Shown piece by piece: positions 49,703 through 63,624 of a DNA stretch of 64,000 bases; within the stretch, counting starts at the first letter, position 1; every line of letters begins with the position of its first letter. Origin of the DNA: Rhizophagus irregularis (lineage: Eukaryota); assembly GCF_026210795.1 (NCBI RefSeq), contig NC_089434.1, positions 2,480,001 through 2,544,000 on the forward strand. Direction: 5' to 3'. The notes beneath the pieces were generated by a model, which was not told the origin of the DNA, made no database searches, and saw nothing but the letters and a program-made list of their open reading frames with translations. Position numbers and translations under genes: made by a program.

Positions 49703-50293
49703 TGGTTTTTAACCAGTGTTGGGATGCCGTAATTCATTCAGTTTATATATAATTTACTATGTAAAGTGCCAAAATAATTTGGGATGTCATAATTGAATTT
49801 GGGATTTTACTTATAATTACGGCAGCCCAAAATAATTTGGGTGGCATGTATAATTTGAATATTATCACTATGATTTATAATACTAATAGTATAGTTTTTT
49901 TAATATCTAAATATATTGATCATCCTAATTATCTTAGTTGCAATACAGTAGTTTAGCCAAATAACATGAGTCTATTGAACAATAAAAATTAATTGTTTCA
50001 ATTATATCAATATATTACAACAATTAAATAAATTTACTATTAAATTATTGCTATCATTTTTCTTTTACTATATAATTCTTTTATAGCTTTTTGTTAAAAA
50101 AAATACAAGACATATTTTTAACCCTAAAAGCTAAAATTAAAGTGCCAACACTAGTACTTCTTAAAATTACTGATGATTTATATCTTTATATACCGTAACT
50201 TTTGCAATTAATAATTACCAAAAAAAAAATTTAGATAATTAAATGGTAAAAAAAAATTATTTAGTTATAACTTAATTAATATATTATACTAAA

Positions 50294-51389
50294 TTAATTT
50301 TTTCTATGAGAGATCATTATCGGATCATCCCAACTTAAGAATTTACCACTTAAGGATTTAATAGTATCAATTTTTTCACCAGCACAAGAAGCCAAAGAAG
50401 CGAGGATATGAGCTGGTTGATCAGCAGGAACCAAATTATTTGATTTATACAGACTTATAAATTTATCATGTTCAGATTTATTCATTCCCATTTCCATTCC
50501 TATGTATAGTAAAAGAAATGTAAATTTATAAATACAGGAAAAAAGAAAATTAGATTAAAATACCTTTTTCACGTATAAGTTTTTGCATATCAGTATCAAC
50601 AACTCCAGGACGAATTGATATTGCTACAACATCAGGTTCCTCTAATGCAAATGTAGTTGTTAACATATTAAGTGCTGCTTTAGTGCTATTTTAGAATAAT
50701 AATAATAATAATAATTTAATTTCCTGCAATTAAACAACAAAATAATAATTTTAATATCACTTACGTGCTATATGCAGCCCATCCATAATATTCGTTAGTA
50801 GCAGCTCCAGATGACACAGAAACAAAAACCCCTTTATTTTGTTTCAATTGTACCAATGATTTTTTAATTAAATTTACTATCGAAAAGAAATTTACATCGT
50901 AACTTCTAATAATTTAAATTAATGAATAAATAAAATTTTGATTATTGATAAAAGGGTTGTTAAATTATTTTATTATTACCTCTTCCATTCATCAATATCA
51001 GTATTAGCCACAGTACCAATTGAAAGGGTTCTATTAAAATTCAAAATCGATAATGTTTTCTGTTAATTTCATCCTTTTTGATCCTAAAATAAAAGAACTC
51101 AAATGGCTTACCCAGCATTTGCAATAACACCATCCAATTTTCCCCACGTTTTAACAGATTTTTCAATTGCTTCATTAATAACTCGTTCCTCTGTAACATC
51201 TCCAATAACAATTTCAATTTTACCTTTTCCATTTAAATCATTTTCAACATATTGTTTTAATTCTATTAGATCTTTTTCCGTACGTGATATTGCTACAACA
51301 TTATTATTAAATTTTTTAATTAATTCTATCACTGCCGCTCTGCCTATTCCTCTTGATGCACCTGTAACTAAAATTGATTTTGCAGTCAT
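50294..51389 (-). CDS. Short-chain dehydrogenase/reductase, about 5 exons
   Basis: TGASRGIG, NAG, VSSGAA, YxxxK across an intron, PGVVDT. Confidence 0.9.
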
Positions 51390-53415
51390 AATGAAGAGTA
51401 TACATACAAACTAATTTTTCATTTCATCTTTGCGGCATCTCATAATATGTCGTACAAGCACAGATACCCAAAGATACGGAGTAGATCAGCAATCACGGGA
51501 CAAACTGATCGATTATACGCATTGTGAAAATGAATAACTTCATTAAATTCTATAAAATAATATATATATATATATATAATATTTAAAGTTTATGGTATAT
51601 TAAAATTTAGTTAATTATTGAAAGCTATTAATGTTATTAATATTATTAATATTAAATGAATAGAGAGTTTTGTTGTTGAAATTGTTGAAATTGAGATTGA
51701 GATTCATCAGTAACGGCGGCATTTGTATGTTATTGAAACAGATCTTGCATACTTAAATTAGATAGATTTTGCAAATGAGGAAGTAGGTATAATGATAATT
51801 TCGAAACCTGGAATTTCGAATCTAAAGAAATCAAGATAATTTGTTTATTTGAGGAAAATTAAGCGGTGCAGAAATATTTTGAATATTTTGAATATTTTGT
51901 ATATGAATCCTGTGGCGCGTAAGTTGAATTGATCGTAGGTTGAACATTATGTCGATTATTTATGAAAGAGAATGAGGGATATTGCTCATAATAATTGTCG
52001 GGCCATCCGTGGGTTTTTGAATTGTGATGATCTAGATGATCCATTGTATATTGTATATGTAATAATGTATTATCGTATAATGAATTTATTGAGGGCGAAG
52101 ATGAGGAAGAGTCTTTTTATATCATGAAAAAAAAAAATTGTAGTTTCATTGATTATGGAAAGAATGAAAAATTCATCCGTTTCAATCTCTCTTTTGGTGG
52201 TTTTTTGGTTTTTTTTTTTTTGTTATATAAATTAAGTATAATGATAACGAAATGGATGATCAGCATTATTACGTCTATTTTAAAAATAATTTGATTGTTA
52301 AATGAGTATAAACTCTTTTTTTTATTCCCTAAAATGTTAAAAAAATAATATAACTTAGGAATTATCATTACATTTAAATCCGAATTTAACGTTCATCATT
52401 ACTCAGAAGTTCAAATTCCGAAATACAGACCATAAAATAAGTAAAATATATAATCGCTTTATAAAATATGCAACATATATTATTATATTTATATTGTATA
52501 TGTTCTATAAAATTTTAGATCTTTAAAAGGTAATTGTGTATTTTCTATATATATATATACAGTATATGCATAAGTAGATGGAATTTCTTACATAAGCAAA
52601 ATATTGTGACGTGTAGATAAGATAAATTATAAATTTCTTTCATATAAATATTTACGGAAATTTAAATCTTGTGTTATCTTGTACCAATAATAACTTTTTA
52701 TAATAGTTATCAATATTTATTGATAAAATCATTGTTATTTTTGTTACCAATATGCATATGTATACATCAATACTTTTACAGTAATATCAAATGATTATAA
52801 GTAAGGAAACAATTAAATAAATTTTTAAATTAATAATTTGTCTTACGACATAATTATTATTTTTACCATGCTAGGGAATAGGGATGATGAATTGTTTAAT
52901 TTTATATAATGATAGGAAAAATTTTTGAATTGAATGTCAGTATTTCCGCGTGTAAACGTGTTGATAATTTTTAATATAAATAAATTAAAATCTTTCATAT
53001 ATTCTTTTTAATATTTATTTCCACGTTATATTTCCCGCGTTTACACAAATTATTTAGAATTCAAAAATTCTTAATTAAACAATGTACCAATTGTACCATG
53101 TATTATTTATTATAATATAAGACTTACTATTTCGTGTATACATGTCCGACATGAACTTTTGCGCTACATAAAAATTCCTTTTAAAGAAAATATAATAATT
53201 AATTCCTAATGGTTAAAAGGTATGTATGTTTATTGATATGCGTAATCCGCATATTACATATTCCCCCGTACTTTCAAAACTGTATATAAAATGCTTGCTT
53301 ATATCTTTTATAGAATTTTTCATACCTTTCTCCCTTGAAAATTTTTTTTTCGAAATTTTTTTTTTTTTTTTTCAAAAAAAATAATTTTATTTAAAATATT
53401 CATTCTTTATTCATC

Positions 53416-54222
53416 ATGCCTTTAAGATCACGTTCATTTTCAATAGCAAGACCAGCTCCATTAATTCAGAGAAGTCGTAGTAGATGTACTATAAACACTC
53501 TTTCTAATCATCATTATAATAATCTTCCAGAACCACCTTCTCCTGACTCAAAATTCACTGCTGAACTTAAAAGTTCAACGAAAATACCTCATTTACCAAC
53601 TTGTAAATGTGTTGCATGTAAAGAGCAATTGGAGTCTCGATTGGCTCATGATGCTATAGTTGAAGAAGTAGCAAAGAAATTAAAAAGTCCTGCTTTTGAA
53701 GCTTTTTTAAATCAACGTGTTTCTTTAACCACCGATCAATTAGATAGAATTGAGTTGGCTAAATTACATGCGAATGTTGATAAATTACCACAAAGATATC
53801 CTGCTCAGGTAAGAATTAACCTTTTAATAATATTAAATATACTTTGAAATAATTATTAATTAATATTAAAAAAATTAATTTAGGATGGTTATTTAAGAAA
53901 AGATATTCATAAAATGTATTTTAATACATTGGCCGAAAATCTTTCACGTCTTGAGGATCCAATATTATACGAACGTCAAAGGTTCGTTTTATCTAATGAA
54001 AAAGAGGAAGCAATGTATACTCAACGTATGTTTAAACGTGTGAGTAAAGCGTTAAAACATCGTTTTGTCTCTCAAGATGCTGAATTTTTACCACCTGAAG
54101 AACGTAAATTACAAAAATTTCGTGAAGTTGAAGGAAAATTAAATAGATTGGTTGATACTTTCCCTCAATTTGATAATCAACGTGTTGAAATGAGTCCTAA
54201 TAAACGTAAATTAACGATATAA
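53416..54222 (+). CDS. Hypothetical protein, 2 exons (53416-53808, 53884-54222)
   Basis: Two ORFs joined in frame by a GTAAGA...TAG intron. Confidence 0.8.
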
Positions 54223-55299
54223 AATGTTATCATTTACGGACACTTTTTATTATTATAAATAATATAATAGTAAATTATGTATTTTTTTTTCATGATTTGT
54301 AAAAAAAAAAAATTAGTTCAGATTCATTTGTATAATAATTAAATTCTTGTGCAGTGCACAATTTTTTTAATAATAAAACCTATAAAACAAAACGCATGCA
54401 AGTTTATTTTAAAGAAATTTAATTTCATATCCAGTACTTCAATAATACTTTAATGAAATTTTAAAAAAAGATGTTTATTTTCTTTTTTAGGATAACAATG
54501 GAATTCTCGATCACTTTATTCATTAAATTTAGCGTTTTAAATTATATAATGACATCTATAAATGGGTAGAAATTAAATTTTGTAAAAAATTTTCTTTGTT
54601 AGAAATTATAAAGCCTTTCTCAGTTTTTTTAGTCCTGCGCCATAAAAGCGTTCTTCAGTACGTAAAACAAATTAAAATTGAAGGTATCACAAATGAAATT
54701 GTCAATCGACGAAAAGTTTGATTTATCAATTTTGGTTAGATCATTAAAATGTTTTTAACAAAATTTGGTATAATGTAAAGTAAATCTAATAACTGGTAAA
54801 TCTTTTCAGATTAGTTGTTTCAGAATCTTATTATTCGTTAATAAAAAGTCCGCAAGTAATAAATTACTTGCAGGTTGCTCACGAATATCACATGCACTTT
54901 AAATATTGAAAAAATGTACCGTAAAATTTCTAAATTTTATTTTTTAGGTTTCATTCATATCCCCCGTTCATTGTTTTTAAAAATTATCAGTTATATTATT
55001 AGTAAATATATCCCTATTTATAATTCATTAAATTTGCCTTAATTAGGAATTTTTTTTTTTTCAGGGGGGAAAAATAAAACCAATGAGATGTTAATATTTT
55101 ATATTCATTCTATTAGTTGCACGATAATTTTTTAAATCTCAGATATGATTATCCAATATTAATTAACCATCATTGTAAGTAGAGAATATTATAATATAGG
55201 TCTTTGTTTTATTTTTCCTAGCAGTTTCATTCTTTTCTACTGCAAAGACCCCAATTTATGATAAAAAATACTACAGATATTAAAAATATTGCATTTTAA

Positions 55300-56090
55300 A
55301 TTTTAACCATTATCTTTTATAAATGATTTGTATATAAAAGTAAATTTTATCTATAACTATACATTGGTCTACAATAAATTACCAGATTTCTTAAAATGCT
55401 TAGTAATTTTTTACAATGCAAAATTTTTTTTTATTTAAAAGCTAATCCATTGTAAATTTTATATTTTAAACATAAAGAGAATATTTTAAAGTATAAAAAA
55501 AAATTATCTGATCATAAATAATGATAATTTTTTGAGGTTATTTTATGTATTTATTTGCATATAAATAACTTTTGGAATTTTAAATATAAAATATCCTTAA
55601 ATTATATAAAAAAATTTGACAGACTTTTATATATCTGAAGAAATGCTGATTTTACTATATTTTACTATGTATTTCTCAAATTTATTAGTAATTTGCAATA
55701 AAATTGACATTTTTCAAAACCATCAATTCTTGTTATTTTATAACAAATTTTTTTTTTTATTTAAAAGCTAATCAATTGTAGTTTTAAAAATGTAATTAAA
55801 GAATGTTTTATGTTTGAAATTTTAAAAGTTATATATATGCAAATAAATATAAAAATAATTTTAAAAATTGTTATAATTTAAGATCAGATAATTTATTTTT
55901 ATATCTTAAAAATATTTCTTTTTATTTAAAATATAAAATCTAATTTATATGATTTCATTGAAATTTATGAATTTTTATGCAATGTAAAAATTATTATGCA
56001 TTTTAAAGAAATCCAAAAATTTATTGTAAAGTAGTGTATAAGACATTAATTAGTTTTTTATAAATATTTTTTATAAAGAAAATTAAAAAA
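55300..56090. repeat. Degenerate AT-rich foldback element (bounds approximate)
   Basis: About 55465-55580 is an imperfect reverse complement of about 55818-55938. Confidence 0.5.
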
Positions 56091-56265
56091 TCATAAATTT
56101 TTAGTAGTTAAAATAAAATTCAAAATTCCAAACTATTAGTACATTACAAAATTAAGAAATTATTTAACTTATATTTATTAAATACAATTATTTAATAAAT
56201 ATTAAAATCAATATTTAAAAACATACTAGAAAACAACTGATTTCTCTCAATTAGTAGCCTTAAAC

Positions 56266-56562
56266 CAGGGTTGTAGTAGTACACCTGTACTAGCAAAATT
56301 CTAGTACGTACTGTACTAGCAAAAAAATTTTGTACAAGACACGAGACACTGTACTAATACAATTATTACTTTTTAGGATATAATTTAACCATTTTAGGTA
56401 AATATCATGTGATCAATATTGTTTATATTTATAAAATTAACCAATAAAATTTATTAATAGTATGTACTAAAATTGTATTTGCACAAATTTTCAAGTACAA
56501 GTACAGTACTTAGTACTGTACTATACTGTACTAGTACTGTACTAGTACAATTCCCAACCCTG
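56266..56562. mobile_element. hAT MITE
   Basis: CAGGGTTG / CAACCCTG termini, TSD CCTTAAAC and GTAC repeats. Confidence 0.92.
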
Positions 56563-57046
56563 CCTTAAACCACTCCTATCCTTAACTGATTGAAATCTGA
56601 TTGGCTAATTAAATTATTATTATTAAATATTATATATTATATACAATGACTTTTAAAAAAAAAAATACTAAAATTTATAAATCACAAAATCATGTATCTG
56701 TTGATTAAAATAAATCTATATTTTTAAAATAAATAATATTGATGTAGATTTTTAAAATTATATAAAAAAACTCTTACGTACTATACAATTATGCTTACAT
56801 TACTTTTTTTCTTAAAACTATATTTTGATACTTTTCGTGCTGTAAAAAATGTAAAAAATAATGTTTTAAAATTTTTTTATATTTTATATTAATATATTTA
56901 TAAAAAATTTTTTCTATATATACTTTTTAAAAAAATATATATTTTTTTATAATTATTTGTAAGCCTTAATTATATTAAATAGAAAGCTTAAACTATTATA
57001 TTACTTAAAGAGGAATATACAACAAGAAAAATTGCTGCTAAAATTA

Positions 57047-57359
57047 CTGTATATCACGAGCCATAGTACCCCCCCTATGCATAATACTCCTCTTGAAAAA
57101 TTTCATAAAATTGTATAATACCCAGGAGATATTTTACAATTATCTTGTGATTCAGTGATCAGATTTGAGCCATCTTTTTTTTGTTAATAGCTCTCATTGA
57201 GCTCTTCAAAATAAAAAAAATATCATTCAAATTGGACTGGTAGATCGTGAGATATTCGCAAAAAATGGAATTTTTAGGCTTTATTTAGTATCCAGGAGTA
57301 CAGGGTCAAACCCCCAATTTTTGCAAGATACCCAGGATACTGTGGCCCGCTATATACGG
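57047..57359. mobile_element. Tc1/mariner-pogo-type MITE
   Basis: C(T/C)GTATAT termini, about 25-bp imperfect TIR and TA TSD. Confidence 0.75.
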
Positions 57360-57485
57360 TAACTGTAAAAGTCATACAACTATTATAAGATTGAAAAAGA
57401 AATATAAAGAAATAGGTAAAGTTAAAAATAAACTTATTTCAGACTGTCTATATTTGCTAAATAAATGGGATAAACATAATATTAT

Positions 57486-58241
57486 CCCTTAAAGTCGCTT
57501 AACAATTGCGGGCAAATTTGCCCGCAATTTTACCAAATTTCAGCTCTCATCTAATTTTATGAAAAATAAAGCAATTTTAATAAAATTTTTTTCCAAGATA
57601 GTTTAAATTATATATTGTGCAGCAATTATTATCATTTATTAATTATATATTAGAAAATCGAAAATTACCCATTGGTCAAAAGTTGTATTTTAAGATAATC
57701 ACAAAATTTTAAAAAACTTTGCACTTAACTTCGACGATTTCATTGATAATTAATTGTAGCTATATAAAAGCTTAATAGAATATGTAGAATTTGGTATGAG
57801 AAACGACTTTTGTTAATATGATTTTTGATATTTAAAAGTAGGATTTTGACTTTATATAGAACCTTAATGAAAATTTTATTATGCATTTTAATTATAAATT
57901 CATAACAATTGATTTTTTTTATCTCTATTTTGTTTATTATAATGCAAAATTTTTATAATAAAAATAAAAAGTTATAATAAATATTCAAATAGAGAAAAAA
58001 TATGGTAAGAAAAGTTTAAATTTTATTATATAAAAATTCCGATACTATTTTTGCGGGTTAATTTCCAATCCAATTTTAATGATCAACTGTATATCTAACT
58101 CATACAATTTATGGCCAGAATGTAGATCAATTTGACTGCAAAATTATGTGACGATCTGGCCAAAATTAAAGAATTTTTTATAGCGTCATTTATTCTAATT
58201 TAGAAATTGCGGGCAAATTTGCCCGCAAAACAGTTTAAGGG
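57486..58241. mobile_element. Non-autonomous element with CCC/GGG termini and probable 2-bp AT TSD
   Basis: CCCTTAAA / TTTAAGGG termini, with the 22-bp palindrome TTGCGGGCAAATTTGCCCGCAA near both ends. Confidence 0.8.
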
Positions 58242-61200
58242 ATAAAAAGTATAATAATAAATTAATGTTTTAATATAGTTCAACTTTAAAAAGTTTTAAT
58301 AGTTAATAATAATATTAAAGTAAACTGTAAACGTAAACACAGTATATAGAGTATTAAAAAAATGGTTTAATAGTTTGAGTAAAATATAAGAAGCCGCTAT
58401 TAGCAAAAAAACATTATGAGAAATATCTTAATTTTGCAAAAATATATAAAAACTGGACTGTAAATGATTGAAATAAGGTAATATAATCAGATAAATTAAA
58501 ATTTTGAATATTTGATTCAGATGTTCATCAGTATTACTGAAAATGTCTAGGAGATCTACTTCAAACTATACATATAAAACTTACTATTAAATTTGAAGAA
58601 AATAATATTTTTGTATAAAGATGTTTTATATCATTAAGTATAAAATACTTGGTTAAAATTAAAGGAGGACTAGATGTAAAATTATATTGTAAAGTATTAA
58701 ATGAAATCCCTTTCTTTTAATTTATCTTCAAGTCAAAATCCAATTTCGAAAGGTGTTCCTTAGAAAATAAAGTAAAAGAAATATTTTAAATAATTTAAAT
58801 TCTGAAAAAAAAAACTGAAAAAGAAGACTGAAGATGCTCTAAAAAATAAAAGAAAATTCTTTTTTAAAAAAAAAGCAAGCTAATAAAAAAAAAATATCAG
58901 ATTTGATCAAATTATTTGATTAATTTGATCAATTTGATTATCTATATAACATCTAATAATCATCCAACAAATCCATCCAGATTTTTTGAAATCTGTTTAT
59001 TTTTAATTCAGATTATCCAATCCAGTTATAATAGATTGAATGGATTTCATCAGAGAATATCTCTATTTGGCAATTATATTGTTTAGATCATTTTCTGAAT
59101 CACTCTTTTTAAAAAGTGAACTCAGAGTGATATTTATTCTTGTTTAATATTTTATTTATATTCACAATCCATATTTTTTAAAAAAATTTCAATAATTAGA
59201 ATGATTGTTTATAGCTAATGCATCCTTTATCTTTTATTTTTATTTCTAAAATTAAAATAATTATTAGTAATTTTCAATATTACTTAAAAATTTAAATATT
59301 TAATTAACTTACTTCTAATAAACGGTTAATTATATGGTTTATTACTTTCTTTTATTTTTTTTTTGCCTTGTTAAGCTGACTTTCTTTTTATTTATGTCAA
59401 CTATTTTTATGCAAATCTAAGAAATAATAAGAATACTTTAACTATACTTAATATTGTACAGAAATCATATTATTTAAAAAGTGATTAGTTGAATATAAGA
59501 AATCAGATTCTTTTTTAATTATAATATTATTTTACCAAACTTCTTTGTATAATCAATAAGAATTAATCAATTTTTACACTATAAATTAGAATTTTAATTT
59601 CATCCTATAATGAAAATTGATAAATTAATAAGTTTAAATGTTATATAAATAATAAAAGTATACCAAATTTAAATATACTTTATTTCTTTTCAATATTTCT
59701 TATAATATTGTATTTGTGATGTTTCTTGCAACAAATATAGATTATTTTAGAAATATATTCTTCATTGTTTTATTTATCATGTTCATTTTCATTATCTTCA
59801 ACCTGAATATATTCATTAGTTAATTTTGTCATAAATATTCTTATAAATTTAGAGAATGCTCTATATTCTTATTATTTGCCTGAATCCACTGGTCATTTGT
59901 TCTTGAATGGATGACATTTCTCTTTCAAGTCATGAAATATGCTTTTTAACCAAAATTAAAATACTAAAAAATTATGATCTAAATTAGATAAAATAATATT
60001 TGATCAGATTTACTTTTTATAAAAGATATATTTTTCACAAATTTTAAAAGGGATATACTTTTATTTCTGTTTTATTATATATAAATTTTATAGAGTTTTG
60101 CTAACTTGCCTTTTGAGTTAAATAACCTGGATTAAATCACCCCCTTAAAATTTATATTTTACAACAATCATTTCTTTTTTTTTCAAAAAAAAATTATTTG
60201 TGTTATTATTCATTTTACTTTATATAAATCATATGGGCTGATCCTTGGAATCTAATTTTTTTACACAAAAATAATTTTATTAAAGCAAATATAAATTATC
60301 ATTTATATAAGAATAATAAATTTATACCAGATAATGCAAAAAAAACTAATTAATTATATAATTTTTAATTTTTTTTTAATATAAGATATCATTAAAATTT
60401 AAAAGATCAAATATAACTCTCATGACAAAATCATTGATAATTCTTCGTAGAAATAAGCTATACAAATAAATTTACATTCATTTGAAAGAGAAAATCAAGA
60501 TCTATCTAATGAATCTAAAATCAAGTGAATTGAATCACTAGTTGTTCAGTAATCACGTTCAGTATATTATTGAATTTTATCTAAATTTGATCATTAATTA
60601 CTTCACATATAGTGATCCAATTTTCCTGATCTTTGATTCTTACGATAGAGCAAATTCTCAGCTTTCAAATGAATGTAAAATGATGACGTTAGCATATCTC
60701 CAGGAATAATAATGCACGATTTTGTCACCTGCATAAAGTCCGATCTGAAAATTTTATTTCTTACCAAAAAATGCTTTCATAAGAGAATCCCAAATTCTTT
60801 TACTTTATTTAAAAGATTTTATTTGCCATTTAAGGATTTTAGTAGAATAAATCTAATAAAATAATTTTAAAAGATAAAAAACAAATATATAATTAGTTAT
60901 TTTGAAAAAAAAGAATATCTTATTATTCATTTTACAACTATTTTACATCATAATTATTTTTTATTTGCATGTATTTTTTACAAAGAAAAAACAATAAATT
61001 AAAGCTAAAAATTATGAAAAAATATGTCTTATCTATGTATATAAAATATTAAGTTTTTTCTTTTACTTACCACTTAAAAATAACTGCTATATTTGCTTAT
61101 AAACTTTTTTGTCATATTTAATAAAAGTGAATAGAAAAATGATGGAAAAGTGATGGGAGTGATGGGGAAAAAGAAGTGGTTATTACCGTTATTTTTGAAT

Positions 61201-61925
61201 ATTGATTAAAAAAATTTTTTTTATTTTTTATTAAATCTGAGTTACGTAAATATGTAACACATATTTAATTTAGATTTGTGTAATGTTAATCTTACTAAAA
61301 TATTAATTTTTATAAAAATCTTAATTTAGACTAATTCCAAAAATCGGCACATATGTTTTATTAATTTGAACATTATAAAGCATAATGACTGAGTTTTCTT
61401 ACATTTTTGATAATGTCTCTTTTTAATTGTGTCCATAATTTACATTTTTTTTTTTTGAAAATTTGGGCAAATTATATAATTAAATAAAATTTACTAATAG
61501 GTTAAATCACCCAGGTTAAATTAGTCTTATACAATTTTATAATACATTTATTTTGTTCTAATATTACATAAAAATCTTTATAAAATTTATAATTAATGAT
61601 ATTTAGATCTTTTTTTTCTACTTTTAGATTTTTTTTCTTTTTTCTTTTTATTTTAGCTCTACTTTTATTTTTACTTTTTCATTTATTTCAATTTGGAAGA
61701 GTACAGATTATGAAAAGCAATAATAGGTTCGCGAAAAATATTGGGATCAGGATCAAGTTCGCAAGAGTGAATCTTATTTTAAGAGATCAAAAGATTAATT
61801 CGCTTAATGTACGATGATAGTAAAACAATCTACATCAGAATATTGATGTTATCGAAGAGCTGTCTACAATTTACCAATTCATAATTTGAGCATAATAATT
61901 AATTATATTGGGAAGTAAGATTTAT

Positions 61926-63363
61926 TTATGCCGAAGGTTCTTCAACCCGTACTCCCAATTCTTTAAAAAAATTTGTCCAGACCTTCATAAACATATCCTT
62001 GAAAATTCGATCTGAATTTCTTATGGATCCATGACTTGTAAAATATTCTTTAAACATTATCCACTCCTTTTTTAAAAAGTCAACTAACTTATCGGCTCTT
62101 TTTTTATCAAAAATATTTACGAGTATATTCCATTGTCTAAGCAATTTTTCCATCATTTCACAGTCGATCTGATCAATACCTTTATGAACATGGTTTTGTC
62201 TGTAAAACATTTTTGGCTTGATAATTAATGGTGATAATGTACCGTTAATCATCAATTTTTGTTCTTGTCGAACACATTCTATTAATTTGTTACGATATTT
62301 CAAATAAAAAGTTTCATCATAATATGAAATTTTTGCCAGCATCCAAGGATGTAATATCCAAATTTTTGGTTCCAAAACTGCAGTGTTCACTTCTAGATAA
62401 GGTAGTCTTGGTTTTTCATCAACTATTGACAAAATATAATCCAGTAAAGGTCCATACATATTTGCTGATCTAATTGGTTCTCTTTCACCTTTATCAAGAT
62501 ATCTTTCACGAGTCTCGAGTGTTATTATATAAGCATGAAAGAGAATTTCCTAAAATGAAAATATTGACATTTAACCTTATGATGATAAATTTTAAACTCA
62601 ACTTCTTACCATATTTTGTGGCGATTTATTAATATATTCAGAAAAATTTTTTATTATTAAATATTTATTATATTGGGGTAGTCCACCTTCGGTGGTATCT
62701 CTTGAACAATCTCGTATAAGTAATTTTGCGGCGGCGCGATATGAAATAGTTTTCGGTAACAATTTAAAGGAGTATTCTTCTTTCAATAATGACATAATAT
62801 TATTATCTCTAGCATTTGTTGGGTGATTTATACTTCTGAGATAAGATGCGCTTCCCAATAAAGTCATCTGAACTTCTGTTAATACATCAGCTGTCACCGC
62901 AGGTTTGCTTCCTATTGTGACATCCTAATTTTAAAGGAAAAAATTATTATAAAATAAAATAAAATATTTTTAATTCGTAATTAATTACCTCCACGATCCT
63001 CTTTTTTATATCACCATCATAAGTTTCTATGACATAAGCAAGAATATCAAAACTTAGATATGGATTGGTTAGTAAAGTTCTGTATAATAAACGTTGACTG
63101 TTAAAAATCTCATCTATTGTAGGTATTGTTTTTTCAACGTCACAAGCTTTTGTTGTCTCTTTTATTTTTTCTACAAGTTTATTAAAAATATGTTTTTTAT
63201 ATTCTGTATTATTTTTAATATCGGATAAATCAAATACTACTTCAGTTGCAAGCTTTATACAATTTTGTATTTTTTCTCTGTCCCAAGTACCGATCAGCAT
63301 TGTTTTCGCTTCTGAAAGTAACAAGACAAATTTATAAATTTGATCGATTAATTTTATATCCAT
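61926..63363 (-). CDS. Three-exon gene, FANCF-like by eye
   Basis: Three co-oriented ORFs with introns near 62926-62987 and 62550-62604. N-terminal L..F..LL..TWD...A pattern recalls FANCF. Confidence 0.55.
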
Positions 63364-63624
63364 TTTAAATTGAGAAGAAAGAAATCTGAAGTTACGCGTT
63401 TTTTATAGCTGTATTACGTCATCATCTACATATCAAAATTTTTGGCGTAACAAGCAGTACTATTATGCTCCGCTGAATCTTTATATAAAAAATTTTCATA
63501 TTTAGTTGAGTAAAAATTATTGAATCACTTTTATAAATTTATTTTGTAAATTATTAATTTCTTATACTTTTATACTTTACATAAAAAATTGCTTTTTTTT
63601 GATATATCTGATATATTATTATAA

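Larger units (their letters stand above)
41192..49718. mobile_element. Composite unit: inverted LINE B arms capped by CACTG termini
   Basis: CACTGGTCAAAAACCA ... TGGTTTTTAACCAGTG, with TTG duplicated at 41189-41191 and 49719-49721. Confidence 0.7.
56970..58705 (+). pseudogene. Heavily decayed Tc1-like transposase interrupted by two MITEs
   Basis: TTRKIAAK..SHTTIIRLKKKYKE, KKPLL and KNWTVND*NKVI*SD..F*IFDSD. Confidence 0.7.

Noticed and set aside
51859..52368. Short ORFs upstream of the SDR gene
   Set aside because: No motifs or convincing splice structure.
61596..61817. Hydrophobic 73-aa ORF
   Set aside because: T-rich low-complexity sequence.
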